Shown one piece after another: positions 45,014 through 55,108 of a DNA stretch of 64,000 nucleotides; within the stretch, counting starts at the first letter, position 1, and each line of letters starts with the position of its first letter. This stretch comes from Promethearchaeota archaeon (GTDB taxonomy: Archaea; Asgardarchaeota; Hermodarchaeia; Hermodarchaeales; Hermodarchaeaceae). The translations under genes were made by a program, and so were the position numbers. The notes beneath the pieces were generated by a model. It was not told where the DNA came from, searched no databases, and was given only the letters and a program-made list of their open reading frames with translations. Location: the NCBI GenBank assembly GCA_048939625.1, contig JBHLPH010000006.1, positions 28,476 to 92,475 of the forward strand, written 5' to 3'.

Positions 45014-45079
45014 TCACGATACAATCGTTATTAATTCCATATTTCCTGTTCCCGAGAACCACCAAGAAGGTAGAACCCG

Positions 45080-47590
45080 ATGGTTAAACTGACAATAAAT
45101 GGAATTGAAGCGGAGGTTGATGAAGGGTCAAATATCCTTACTGCCGCGGAATCTGTGGATGTGTACATTCCTCGCTTGTGTTATCACCCGGATTTAGCAT
45201 CAGGTGTAGGAACGAAGACCACAGATAGCATCTTCCGAGGTAGTCAAGAAATCAAGCACATTGGAGGGGAGATAGAATATGAGGGGTGTGGTCTATGTGC
45301 AGTTGAAATCGAAGGACGAGATGGGATTTACCAAGCTTGTGATACCCAAGTTGAGGAAGGAATGGTTGTACTCATTGATACGCCAGAAATAATAGCTCAC
45401 CGTCAAGAGAAGTTGTCATCAATACTAGCCTCTCACCCACATGCCTGTTTAACCTGTGCACAACGAGAAGGTTGTGCTCGTGAACCATGCCCACCTAATG
45501 TGCCAGTTGATGAAAGGTGTTGTGAGAAGTTTGGACGATGTGAGCTTCAGAAAGTTGCAGAATTCGTTGGGATCAAAGGAGATACGCCTCGTTACATTCC
45601 CCAGAAACTTCCTAAACTCGAAAATGAACCTTTGATCATCCGAGATTACAATTTGTGTATAGGTTGCACTCGCTGTATCAGAGCTTGTAGTGACCTTCGT
45701 GGTGTTGATGCATTAGGGATGGTTTTTGATGGTGAGAAGTTAATCGTTGGATCGATTGCTCAAAGCCTAGGCGAATCTGGCTGCAAATTCTGTGGGGCCT
45801 GTATTGAAGTTTGTCCCACTGGTGCTCTATTAGATCAGGAAGTTATCTGGGCTAATCGAGAATTAGCCTTGTTACCCTGCGTCAATAACTGCCCATTAGA
45901 GATTGATATTCCGCGGTACCTCAGATTGGTAGTTGCAGGCGATTACACGCAAGCTACAGCTGTAATTAGAGAAAAGGCAGCTCTTCCATCCGTGTTAGCC
46001 CATGTTTGCCATCATCCTTGTGAAGAGAAATGCCGTCGAACTGACCTTAATGGTGCTTTGTGTATTTTGAGTCTCAAACGTACAGCCGTTGAGAATGATA
46101 CAGGCCAGTGGCAATCTAATTTATCGAATCTATCTTCAACAGGAAAACAGGTTGCAATTGTTGGCTCGGGACCCACTGGATTAAGCGCTGCTTTCTACCT
46201 CGCGCGATTGGGGTATGATGTCACCATCTTTGAAGAACATCCGGAGCCAGGAGGAATGCTTCGTTTTGGAATACCAACCTATCGACTCCCTCGCACGGTG
46301 TTGGATGCTGACATTCAAGTTCTAACCAAGATGGGTGTGAAAATTAAAACTAAAACTCCTATCGGTGATGACATTTCAGTTACTCAACTAAAAAACAACT
46401 TTGATGCTGTTTTACTTGCCATCGGAATGCAAGCTGGTAAAAGCTTAATGATCGATGGTCATGATCTTCTCGGAGTACATGGGGGATTGGAATTCCTGAA
46501 AAAAGTGAATTCAGGAGAAAAGCCAGATCTTGGTAAAGAAGTTATTGTAGTGGGTGGTGGAAGCGTGGCAGTTGATGTTGCGCGGACATCCATTCGATTG
46601 GGTGCTGAGAAAGTTATGCTTACCTGTCTAGAGACAGATGAGGAAATGCCTGCGCATGAATGGGAAATCTCTGAGGCCGCGGAAGAAGGTGTAGTGTTTC
46701 ATACTGCGTGGGGACCTCAGAGAATTCTTGGTGAAAAGGGCAGGGTCGTTGGTGTGGAATTGGTCAGGTGTACTTGTGTATTCGATGAGGAAGGTTGTTT
46801 CAATCCCAGTTTTGATGAAGAAACTACGCAGACTATCACAGCGGATACCGTGTTCTTTGCAATTGGTCAGTCAGTTGATTTATCGAAAATCAGTCTAGGG
46901 AGTGATTTGAAACAAACAGAAGTTGGAACCTTATGGACTAAGGAAAACAGTTGGGAAACACAAGTGAGCGGGATATTTGCTGCTGGAGATGTAGCAACAG
47001 GACCAAGCTCCGTAGTTGAAGCGATGGCAACCGGTCGTCAAGCCGCTTCACAGATTGATACATTCTTGGGCGGAAGTGGCATGCTTCATGAGGAATTAGC
47101 AGGCGATTTGAAAATCACCCACCATTTAGGACGTGATGAGGATTTCTACAAATGGAATCGAGCTGAATTACCATTACTGGCTTTAGAAAACCGAAAGTCG
47201 TCCTTTGAGGAGGTTGAGCTAGCCGTTCCGCTAGAAACTGCACAAAAAGAAGCTCTGCGCTGTCTTCAATGTGACCTACGCCTGTTATTGACTCCACCAT
47301 CTTTGCCTCCTGAAGCATGGCTTATCTTTGACGAGGCACACATTGAACAAGTGCCATCAGGGCCCGGCGTATTTATGTTAGCCGACTCAGAAAAGACGGT
47401 CCTAATTATCAAGGGTACTGAGGAACTTCAAACGGCATTGAAAGAAAAGTTAACCCACCAACCTGCTGCTAAATTCTTCCAATTTGAAGAAGACCCCATG
47501 TACACAAAGCGAGAAACCGAACTGCTCCAACAGTATGTTCAAGATCATGGTAAAATGCCAGGAGAAGATGAGCTTGATGACTTATTTTAA
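45080..47590 (+). CDS. Multidomain ferredoxin:NAD(P)H oxidoreductase fusion: [2Fe-2S] domain, NuoG/HydA-like Fe-S domains, GltD/PreT-like FAD/NAD(P) module, and an unknown ~170-aa C-terminal extension
   Basis: KLTINGIEAEVDEGSNIL, HPHACLTCAQREGC, CIGCTRCIRAC, CKFCGACIEVCPTGAL, CHHPCEEKCRR, VAIVGSGPTGLSAAFYLA and GDVATGPSSVVEAMATGRQAA. Confidence 0.8.
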   Translation: MVKLTINGIEAEVDEGSNILTAAESVDVYIPRLCYHPDLASGVGTKTTDSIFRGSQEIKHIGGEIEYEGCGLCAVEIEGRDGIYQACDTQVEEGMVVLIDTPEIIAHRQEKLSSILASHPHACLTCAQREGCAREPCPPNVPVDERCCEKFGRCELQKVAEFVGIKGDTPRYIPQKLPKLENEPLIIRDYNLCIGCTRCIRACSDLRGVDALGMVFDGEKLIVGSIAQSLGESGCKFCGACIEVCPTGALLDQEVIWANRELALLPCVNNCPLEIDIPRYLRLVVAGDYTQATAVIREKAALPSVLAHVCHHPCEEKCRRTDLNGALCILSLKRTAVENDTGQWQSNLSNLSSTGKQVAIVGSGPTGLSAAFYLARLGYDVTIFEEHPEPGGMLRFGIPTYRLPRTVLDADIQVLTKMGVKIKTKTPIGDDISVTQLKNNFDAVLLAIGMQAGKSLMIDGHDLLGVHGGLEFLKKVNSGEKPDLGKEVIVVGGGSVAVDVARTSIRLGAEKVMLTCLETDEEMPAHEWEISEAAEEGVVFHTAWGPQRILGEKGRVVGVELVRCTCVFDEEGCFNPSFDEETTQTITADTVFFAIGQSVDLSKISLGSDLKQTEVGTLWTKENSWETQVSGIFAAGDVATGPSSVVEAMATGRQAASQIDTFLGGSGMLHEELAGDLKITHHLGRDEDFYKWNRAELPLLALENRKSSFEEVELAVPLETAQKEALRCLQCDLRLLLTPPSLPPEAWLIFDEAHIEQVPSGPGVFMLADSEKTVLIIKGTEELQTALKEKLTHQPAAKFFQFEEDPMYTKRETELLQQYVQDHGKMPGEDELDDLF

Positions 47591-47610
47591 TTGCTCTGAA
47601 AATAACTGGG

Positions 47611-47838
47611 GTGCTTTCAATGATGAATCTATCAGATAAAGAGCTAGAACAACAAGGGTGGGAGAAACGGTTCAGTGTCGAAGAACATCGTGCTGAAGAA
47701 TACAAAGCGCATTATGAAGAATTAGGCTTCGAAGTTCTGATCTTACCAACTGCGGAGGTTGAGACAGACAGAATCTGTAATGAGTGTATTCAGTCTGAAA
47801 CATGTTCCCTTGTAACAATCTTCACAAGACCCAAATGA
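47611..47838 (+). CDS. Small hypothetical protein (75 aa) with a C..C...C motif
   Basis: The ORF lies 20 nt after the oxidoreductase stop and has a GTG start. No family is recognised. Confidence 0.4.
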   Translation: MLSMMNLSDKELEQQGWEKRFSVEEHRAEEYKAHYEELGFEVLILPTAEVETDRICNECIQSETCSLVTIFTRPK

Positions 47839-47857
47839 ATGGCGTATCTTGTTACTT

Positions 47858-48730
47858 CTAAGAGTTTAGTTTAAGTAATTTGATAGCGTTCTTGCCAAGA
47901 ATTTGTGTCTTTGCTCTTTCACCAATATCCAGGTTTCTAATTGCTTCGATATTTTCAGCAATACTAAGAATTCCAGGCCAGTCGCTACCAAAAAGCACCT
48001 TGTCAGCAATTATTTCAAGTTGTGGAAAGTATCGTAGTAAATTCTTTGGTGGCAAACCAGAAATTTCAAGATAAACATTAGGATGGAGTCGTGTAACAAA
48101 AAACGCCATATCAAACCAAGGACCTCTCCCACCGTGTACAACAATCACAGGCAGTTTAGGAAAGTCTGAAGCTATATCATCTAAGAACAGTGGATTTCCA
48201 TACTTCAACCGAGCACCAGGGAAAACACTGGTCCCAGTGTGAAACATAACAGGAATGCCGAGAGTCTCCGCTGTTTCATATAACATTCTCAATTTCTCCC
48301 ATCCTTGGGAGGTTGCATATGCGTTTGGATAGAAATGCTGGTATGTTGGATAAAGCTTCAATCCGCGCATCCCTAGAGTTCCAACAGCGTTTTCAAGGGT
48401 TTTAGTAGGGTTGGGATCTTCGGTGGGATCAACAGAACAGAAAGGGATGAGACGGTCCAAATGATTTTCACAAAACTCAGCAACGAATTCATTGGTTACC
48501 ACGCCAGTAACTTCGGGTGAAAGTTCTGCTAATACTACTGCCCAATCTATTCCGCATTCATCGAGCATACTTATGATATTCTCTGGTGTCATGATTTCAT
48601 CTTGAATTTCATAAAGCCCCGGATTTAATTCCTTGAAAAGCGCATGAATTGCCGGATTCCAGTGATCCCGTTTTCCAACGTGTAAATGAAAATCAACCAC
48701 TTTCATCTTTTTGACGGAGTTGGAGGTCAT
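47858..48730 (-). CDS. Amidohydrolase-2 family TIM-barrel metal hydrolase/decarboxylase (COG2159 type)
   Basis: VVDFHLHVG at the N-terminus, then VMFHTG, IVVHGG and FGSDWP. Confidence 0.8.
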   Translation of the reverse strand: MTSNSVKKMKVVDFHLHVGKRDHWNPAIHALFKELNPGLYEIQDEIMTPENIISMLDECGIDWAVVLAELSPEVTGVVTNEFVAEFCENHLDRLIPFCSVDPTEDPNPTKTLENAVGTLGMRGLKLYPTYQHFYPNAYATSQGWEKLRMLYETAETLGIPVMFHTGTSVFPGARLKYGNPLFLDDIASDFPKLPVIVVHGGRGPWFDMAFFVTRLHPNVYLEISGLPPKNLLRYFPQLEIIADKVLFGSDWPGILSIAENIEAIRNLDIGERAKTQILGKNAIKLLKLNS

Positions 48731-48880
48731 CTATCATCATCCATCTTAAATTCGAAGTGATATAACTGTTGATATGAGTTCTACTTAGAATAGTGGTTGT
48801 GGCTAAAAGGTTTTATTTTGGTAAACTCTCTCATAGTCACTTCCATTATACTTTTGCCCATTATGATGGTGTAATTAGCA

Positions 48881-50788
48881 ATGAGTAATTCTCCCATGAC
48901 CGGTAAACCTGGTGAAACGGTTATTGGATTAGGCAATGACGCTATTGCTCGCGGAGCCCTCGAAGCAGGTGTCCAATTTGCCACAGCGTATCCTGGTACA
49001 CCCTCTTCAGAGATACTAGGAAATTTAGCCACGATTTCCAAAGAATCTGGTATCTATGTAGAATGGAGTGTCAATGAGAAAGTCGCTTTTGAAGCCGCAA
49101 CCGCAGCAGCTTGGACTGGTCTCCGTGCCATGGCATCTATGAAAGTCAATGGGCTTTTTGTTATCCTCGACTCACTTGTTAATATCGCCTATACTGGTCA
49201 TGGACCGGGTGGACTGATTCTGGTAGTAGCTGATGATCCCTTTGCTCACAGCTCCACAACTGAGGGAGATGCGCGACCTCTAGGCTTCTATTCAGATATC
49301 GTTGTACTCGAACCCTCCACGCATCAAGAAGCCAAAGATATCATTCCTTACGCCTTTGAATTATCCGAAAAACAAGGCGTCATTGTCATGGTTCGAGAAA
49401 CAACAAGACTAGCCCATAGTCGTGCTCCTTTCAAACTAGGAAAAATCAATCGGACTCCAAGAATTGCCAAATTTGATTATAATCTTCCATTACATAATCT
49501 CCCTCGCCCCCATTTACGACATAAAGAGCTACATACACAATTAGAAAAAATTCGTGACGAATTCGAGCAGTCAACCTGGAATCAGTATGATGGACCAAGT
49601 AAACCCTCCTTATTGATAATTACCTCCGGTGTTGCTTGGAAATACGTGCGAGAAGCTGTAGAAATTCTTCAATTACAGGACGTTGGCATTCTTCGAATTG
49701 CCACAATTTCTCCATTACCGAGAAGAATGATTCTTGAAAAATTAAAAACATCCACTAATGTGCTCTTTTTCGAAGAAGTTAATCCATATTTAGAACTACA
49801 AATAACCGGTCTCGCCTCAGAACTGCCTTCGAAGCGCATTCCTAACTTTTTCGGTAAGTTTTCTGGTCATATTCCAAGTTATGGTGAAGTTGATATCAAT
49901 CTAGCAATCAAATCAATAGCCGCCATTAAGAAACTCAAGTATACTCCTGTTCAGGAAGAGTACATCAACATCGCAACAGATGCGGCTAGTATCCTTCCGA
50001 GACGGATACTCACCTTCTGCCCTGGCTGTCCACATCGACCTGCCTACTATAGTATTTACAGAGCTATCAAACGCAACAAAGGAAAAGGTATTGTCACAGG
50101 AGATATCGGGTGCTATTCATTAGGCGTGTTTTACCATAACATAATGCGTAATCAGCATTCAATGGGTGCCGGTGTAGGAATTGCTAGCGGTCTTGGTAAG
50201 TTAGAACAATTTGGATTAAAGGACCCGGTCATTACAGTGATAGGTGATTCAACTTTCTACCACGCCTGTCTCCCTGCGTTAGTCAACATCATCTATAATC
50301 AATCAAAGGCCATCGTATGTGTGTTAGATAATAATGCTACGGCAATGACGGGATTTCAACCACATCCTGGTACAGGCTTGACCGCAACAGGTGATATGAC
50401 TTCAACGGTTCCTATAGAGGAAGTGCTTCAGGGCATTGGGTTTCAATCGATTTCCATAGTTGATCCCTTCAACATCAAGGAATCAATTGATACGGTTTAC
50501 AATGCATTAATATCAACAGAAAGTCAAGCTCTTGTTTTTCGGAGAGAGTGTGCATTAATTACCAATCGACGAAGGCGACAAAAACAAGAGCCTACGCCGC
50601 AGTTTGTAGTTGATACAGATAAGTGCTTAGGAGAAAAATGTAAGACCTGTTCAGTGGAATTTAATTGTCCTGCTTGCGTCTGGGACAACGACTCTAACAA
50701 AGCCCAAATCGAGATTACCCTCTGTAATGGGTGTGGTGTGTGTGTCGACATATGTCCACACAATGCCATCCATGAATATAGGGAGTGA
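48881..50788 (+). CDS. iorA: Indolepyruvate:ferredoxin oxidoreductase alpha subunit
   Basis: GNDAIARGALEAGVQFATAYPGTPSSEI, the TPP motif GDIGCY...GDSTFYH, and a C-terminal CNGCGVCVDICP. Confidence 0.9.
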   Translation: MSNSPMTGKPGETVIGLGNDAIARGALEAGVQFATAYPGTPSSEILGNLATISKESGIYVEWSVNEKVAFEAATAAAWTGLRAMASMKVNGLFVILDSLVNIAYTGHGPGGLILVVADDPFAHSSTTEGDARPLGFYSDIVVLEPSTHQEAKDIIPYAFELSEKQGVIVMVRETTRLAHSRAPFKLGKINRTPRIAKFDYNLPLHNLPRPHLRHKELHTQLEKIRDEFEQSTWNQYDGPSKPSLLIITSGVAWKYVREAVEILQLQDVGILRIATISPLPRRMILEKLKTSTNVLFFEEVNPYLELQITGLASELPSKRIPNFFGKFSGHIPSYGEVDINLAIKSIAAIKKLKYTPVQEEYINIATDAASILPRRILTFCPGCPHRPAYYSIYRAIKRNKGKGIVTGDIGCYSLGVFYHNIMRNQHSMGAGVGIASGLGKLEQFGLKDPVITVIGDSTFYHACLPALVNIIYNQSKAIVCVLDNNATAMTGFQPHPGTGLTATGDMTSTVPIEEVLQGIGFQSISIVDPFNIKESIDTVYNALISTESQALVFRRECALITNRRRRQKQEPTPQFVVDTDKCLGEKCKTCSVEFNCPACVWDNDSNKAQIEITLCNGCGVCVDICPHNAIHEYRE

Positions 50789-51399
50789 ATGGTTTGAATT
50801 TTGATGATCCGTTCAACATTGTGATTGCAGGTGTGGGAGGTCAAGGAAACGTTCTCTCATCCCGTCTTATTGCAGATGCTGCAATTACTAAAGGATATTT
50901 TGCCACAATTGGCGAGACCTATGGAGCGGCTCAGCGAGGTGGGTCAGTGATGTCTCATATTCGGATAAGTAAAGAGGATATTGGACCCCTTATTCCACAT
51001 CATTCTGCTCACCTGCTCCTTGGCTTTGAACCCATCGAAGCACTACGCGTTGGTGCCCGCTACCTTAATCCATCAAGCACCGCTATCGTGAATATGCACC
51101 CTGTATATCCCGTTGAAGTACTGACAGGTCAACTTGAGTATCCCCCTATTAATGAAGTTAAAAAGCGGCTCAATCAGCTTTGTTCACAACTATTTACCCT
51201 CGATGCAGTAGATTTAGCTCGAAAGGCTGGAGATCCATTAGTAATGAATACTGTGATGGTCGGGGCATTTGCAGGAGCTAACCTTGCACCTGTTAATGCG
51301 TCTCCACTCGAGAAAGAAATCGCGAAGCTTCGACGACTGAAAGAGGTTAATTTGAAGGCTTTCAAGCTTGGCGTTGATGCTATTAAGAAAAAGGCGTAA
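50785..51399 (+). CDS. iorB: Indolepyruvate:ferredoxin oxidoreductase beta subunit
   Basis: FNIVIAGVGGQGNVLSSRLIA. The GTG start overlaps the iorA stop. Confidence 0.85.
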   Translation: MNGLNFDDPFNIVIAGVGGQGNVLSSRLIADAAITKGYFATIGETYGAAQRGGSVMSHIRISKEDIGPLIPHHSAHLLLGFEPIEALRVGARYLNPSSTAIVNMHPVYPVEVLTGQLEYPPINEVKKRLNQLCSQLFTLDAVDLARKAGDPLVMNTVMVGAFAGANLAPVNASPLEKEIAKLRRLKEVNLKAFKLGVDAIKKKA

Positions 51400-51522
51400 C
51401 AATTTGTACAAATTTGATACTGGGCGGCTCTTCCGTTGGGTCTAACTAAAATCCTAATTACAACAAACTGTATAAGGGACATCAAAGTCTTATGAGATGA
51501 CTCTCTAGAAGCTAATAGGACC

Positions 51523-52296
51523 ATGAAAAGGATGCCATTGGTAGAACTTGAGAAGAAGAATCAGATTGCGTTAGTGACCATCAATAATCCGCCTGCAAAT
51601 GCTCTGAATCCTGAGATCATCACACTTTTACGTAAACTGCTAACCGAATTAGATCAGGATGATACTAAAGCAATAATCCTCACCGGAGCAGGTGACAAGT
51701 TCTTCGTTGGTGGCGCTGATATCAAACAATTCAAAGAACAAAATGCTGAAGTCATAAAGAAATTTACTCGATTAGGCCAACAATTCACCCTATTTTTGGA
51801 AAAACATAACAAGCCAATCATTGTAGCAGTAAACGGATTCTGTCTTGGTGGTGGCATGGAAATCACCATGGCTTGTGATTTCGTCATCGCCTCCGAAAAT
51901 GCCCGATTCGGGCAGCCTGAAATTAAATTAGGAGTCATTCCTGGCTGGGGAGGCACCCAACGCCTCCAACGCTGGATGGACCCTCAACGCGCCCGAGAAC
52001 TCATCCTCACCGGAGATATTGTCCCTGCCTCTGAAATGGGACAATTCGTCTATAAATTGGTTCCACCAAATCAACTTCTCCCAACTGCTAAAGAATTAGC
52101 ACAACGCATCGCTCGACATGGCCTTAATGCAGTAAAACTAGCTAAGCGTGCACTCAAGGAAGCAATCTCCCGCCCCATTGGAGAAGGACTTAAACTCGAA
52201 GCGCAATACTTCGGGCAAGCCTTCGAAACCGAAGATGCTAAAGAGGGCATCAAAGCCTTCTTCGAAAAACGCGAGCCGAAAGTGGTAGATAAATAG
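51523..52296 (+). CDS. Enoyl-CoA hydratase (crotonase)
   Basis: INNPPANALN, NGFCLGGGMEITMACD and FGQPEIKLGVIPGWGGTQRL. Confidence 0.9.
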   Translation: MKRMPLVELEKKNQIALVTINNPPANALNPEIITLLRKLLTELDQDDTKAIILTGAGDKFFVGGADIKQFKEQNAEVIKKFTRLGQQFTLFLEKHNKPIIVAVNGFCLGGGMEITMACDFVIASENARFGQPEIKLGVIPGWGGTQRLQRWMDPQRARELILTGDIVPASEMGQFVYKLVPPNQLLPTAKELAQRIARHGLNAVKLAKRALKEAISRPIGEGLKLEAQYFGQAFETEDAKEGIKAFFEKREPKVVDK

Positions 52297-52308
52297 GAGA
52301 CAGATAAA

Positions 52309-53358
52309 TTGACAGACACATTAAAATTTGGAGTTGTCAGCACCCCCTCGGCATGGGACCGGATTCTTGACACAGCAACATATATTGAAAAAATGGGTTT
52401 CGACTCATTTTGGATGCCTGATCACACAGTTGGGTTTGGTATTCGTCGCTGGGATGCCTTAGAAGCCTGGTCAGCACTCTCTGCCGTTGCCACTCAAACA
52501 AAGAAAGTGAAATTAGGCACCTGTGTGGGTGATACTTATCGTCACCACCCTTCAGCGTTGGCACAAATGGTTACTACCTGTGATCATATCTCGAATGGAC
52601 GAGCAATTGTTGGCGTCGGACTTGGCGAGGCAATGAATCTCTTTCCTTTTGGGATAGACCTTAAGAAACCTCTTGGACGAACAGAAGAAGCGGTAAAGGT
52701 CATGAGACTGTTATGGACTCAAGAGCTTTCTAATTTTGATGGTAAATACTACAAATTAGATAACGCGTTTCTCCAACCACGACCAATTCAAGAACCGAAC
52801 CCACCAGTTTGGATAGCAGCTAATTCACCTAAAACCATGAAGATGGCAGGAGAATTAGGTGATGGTTGGGTTCCCGCAAGCATGTTTCCTGACGAATATG
52901 CGAAAAAATTGAAAATCGTACGAGATCATGCAAAACAGTCGGGGCGAGACCCTAATGCTATTGAGCCAGCGGCATTTGTCTTCACTGTTGTAGCAGAAGA
53001 ATATGAAACAGCTCGAAAAAATGTGGGACTTGGAGCTAAAATCTATTTCTTAACACGTCCCCGTATTCTTCGTCGATTAGGGTATGACGATGTTACAGAC
53101 GAGTTTGATATGACTTGGCATCTAGTAATGAACTCAGAGGTTACCGAAAAATTACTCGCGATGGCAAAAGAGATTCCAGACGATGTTCTTGACAAGGCCC
53201 CAGTGTTCTTTGGTACCCCCGATGATGTCATAAAAGGTATCAAAGAGTATCAGAAAGCTGGTGTCCGGCATATGGTTGTCAACTTCTTTGTTCCTCCAAA
53301 GATGCTAAAAGACACCCTGAAGCTCTTTGCCACTGAGGTTATACCAGAATTCCGATAA
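52309..53358 (+). CDS. LLM-class (luciferase-like) flavin/F420-dependent oxidoreductase
   Basis: GFDSFWMPDH and ..GRAIVGVGLGE.. fit the LLM family, as does the length. TTG start. Confidence 0.8.
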   Translation: MTDTLKFGVVSTPSAWDRILDTATYIEKMGFDSFWMPDHTVGFGIRRWDALEAWSALSAVATQTKKVKLGTCVGDTYRHHPSALAQMVTTCDHISNGRAIVGVGLGEAMNLFPFGIDLKKPLGRTEEAVKVMRLLWTQELSNFDGKYYKLDNAFLQPRPIQEPNPPVWIAANSPKTMKMAGELGDGWVPASMFPDEYAKKLKIVRDHAKQSGRDPNAIEPAAFVFTVVAEEYETARKNVGLGAKIYFLTRPRILRRLGYDDVTDEFDMTWHLVMNSEVTEKLLAMAKEIPDDVLDKAPVFFGTPDDVIKGIKEYQKAGVRHMVVNFFVPPKMLKDTLKLFATEVIPEFR

Positions 53359-53364
53359 ACGCCT

Positions 53365-53787
53365 TTAGGGTACTTGGAACTCGTACGTCACTCGGTTCTC
53401 ATCGAGTTTTCTAGGCACTAGTTGTACAGCCATTCCAATTTGTAACTGTTCTAATGATACATCCTTAGAAAATCGTGCAAACACCTGTTGACCACTGTTT
53501 AACAACCCAAGTGCTAGAATATAAGGAACATCTTCTTGGAATCCTGTGGGTGCAAAATTGACCTCGGTGTAAGTAACAAGTTTGCCATCACCTTTAATTT
53601 CAACCCATTCAACTTCGTCTCCCACGCATGATATGCAGTCACCACGGGGCGGGAAATAGATTTTTCCACATTTTTTACATTGCGTTCCCATTAATTGATT
53701 ATTTTTTAGAAATTCTGTGAATTCACCGATTTTTGCCTGTGAAACATAACTGATTAAACCAAACTGTTCAAATCCCATTATTCTCAC
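53365..53787 (-). CDS. DUF35 zinc-ribbon/OB-fold protein (thiolase partner)
   Basis: CKKCGKIYFPPRGDCISCVG followed by an OB-fold segment, immediately downstream of a thiolase gene. Confidence 0.85.
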   Translation of the reverse strand: MRIMGFEQFGLISYVSQAKIGEFTEFLKNNQLMGTQCKKCGKIYFPPRGDCISCVGDEVEWVEIKGDGKLVTYTEVNFAPTGFQEDVPYILALGLLNSGQQVFARFSKDVSLEQLQIGMAVQLVPRKLDENRVTYEFQVP

Positions 53788-53801
53788 CTCAAACCTCTAA
53801 A

Positions 53802-54962
53802 CTACGCCTCAAGAATAGTCACACTCGTGTACATTCCAATACCACCAACATTATGGCCTAGCGCGATTTTTGCACCATCAACCTGCACTTTTCCAGATTC
53901 ACCACGAAGTTGATAGACTAAGGTTCGTATTTGTGAACCGCCTGTCGCTCCGACTGGGTGACCCTTTGATAAAAGTCCCCCATCCACATTAACAGGTATT
54001 CGTCCACCAAGATGTGTTTCTTCATCACGGATCATTTTCGGGCTATGTTCACGTTTACAGAATCCAAGGTCTCCATAAGCAATGAGTTCTGCGATGGTGA
54101 AGCAGTCGTGGACTTCTGCAACATCGATATCTTTGGGCTTGACCCTAGCCATAGCGTATGCTTGGCGTGCTGCTTCTAGTGCACTTTCAAAACCTGTGAA
54201 TGGAGGTTTACGGCTTGCAAGAGACATAGGTGTCGAACCAAGACCCAGCCCTTTGATCCAGACAGGTCGTTCTGCAAACTTTTTCGCTTTGGTTTCATTT
54301 GCAACAATCAGGCAAGACGCACCATCCGCGTTTGCACAACAGTCAAGACTCTTCAATGGGCTGGCAATTACACGGGTTGACAATACTTTCTCTAAAGTAA
54401 ATTCTTTCTGAAACATAGCTTTTGGATTAAATTGACTGTAATAATGATTCTTGACGGAAACCTTCGCGAGATCTTCCTCAGTTGTACCATACGCATCCAT
54501 GTGAGCTCGGGCAAACATGGCATAGTATGCAGGCATGCTAGTCCCAAATGGCGACTCAAACATAACATCACCAGCACGACCCATGACTTCTTGAATTGCC
54601 TCTGATGTCATATCTGTCATTTTCTGATAACCGATCACAGCGACAATATCATGAAGACCAGATTTAATAAAAGACCAAGCAGTCCGTAAAGCAACAGTAC
54701 TTGACGCACAAGCGGCCTCAGTTAAAAAAGTCGGTTGAGGAGTCAATTCTAAGTGCTCTGCAATCACCGCTGCTGGTGACCTCTGTTTATCATAACCAGC
54801 TGCAGTAGCAACCAACGAAGCGTCAATATCGGCACCACTCAAATTCTTGGTATCCTCAATGGCTTCATGAAATGCTTCAAACGCCAAATCACGAATTGAC
54901 GAGTCCGGACGTTTTCCAAAACTACTTTGACCTACGCCAATAATAGCAACACGATTTGTCAC
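53802..54962 (-). CDS. Thiolase-domain protein (SCP-x / archaeal acetyl-CoA C-acyltransferase type)
   Basis: EAACASSTVALRTA (active Cys), HDCFTIAELI and GHPVGATGG. Confidence 0.9.
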   Translation of the reverse strand: MTNRVAIIGVGQSSFGKRPDSSIRDLAFEAFHEAIEDTKNLSGADIDASLVATAAGYDKQRSPAAVIAEHLELTPQPTFLTEAACASSTVALRTAWSFIKSGLHDIVAVIGYQKMTDMTSEAIQEVMGRAGDVMFESPFGTSMPAYYAMFARAHMDAYGTTEEDLAKVSVKNHYYSQFNPKAMFQKEFTLEKVLSTRVIASPLKSLDCCANADGASCLIVANETKAKKFAERPVWIKGLGLGSTPMSLASRKPPFTGFESALEAARQAYAMARVKPKDIDVAEVHDCFTIAELIAYGDLGFCKREHSPKMIRDEETHLGGRIPVNVDGGLLSKGHPVGATGGSQIRTLVYQLRGESGKVQVDGAKIALGHNVGGIGMYTSVTILEA

Positions 54963-55108
54963 AATTAACCACCTTTTCTTCGAATACAGATGTCTCTTGT
55001 AAAAAGTGTTTCAGTGTTTCACACTCAAGCTTTCAAATGAAGTAGCCTGTTGAATGCACTTAAAAGAGTGCACGGTTCATTGGTGATGAGTTGCTATAAT
55101 TAATGTGA

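Noticed and set aside
51401-51414. A 14-bp perfect palindrome aatttgtacaaatt just after iorB
   Set aside because: A few perfect 14-bp palindromes are expected by chance in 64 kb (about 64000 x 4^-7, or roughly 4, and more in AT-rich DNA), so it is not significant on its own.
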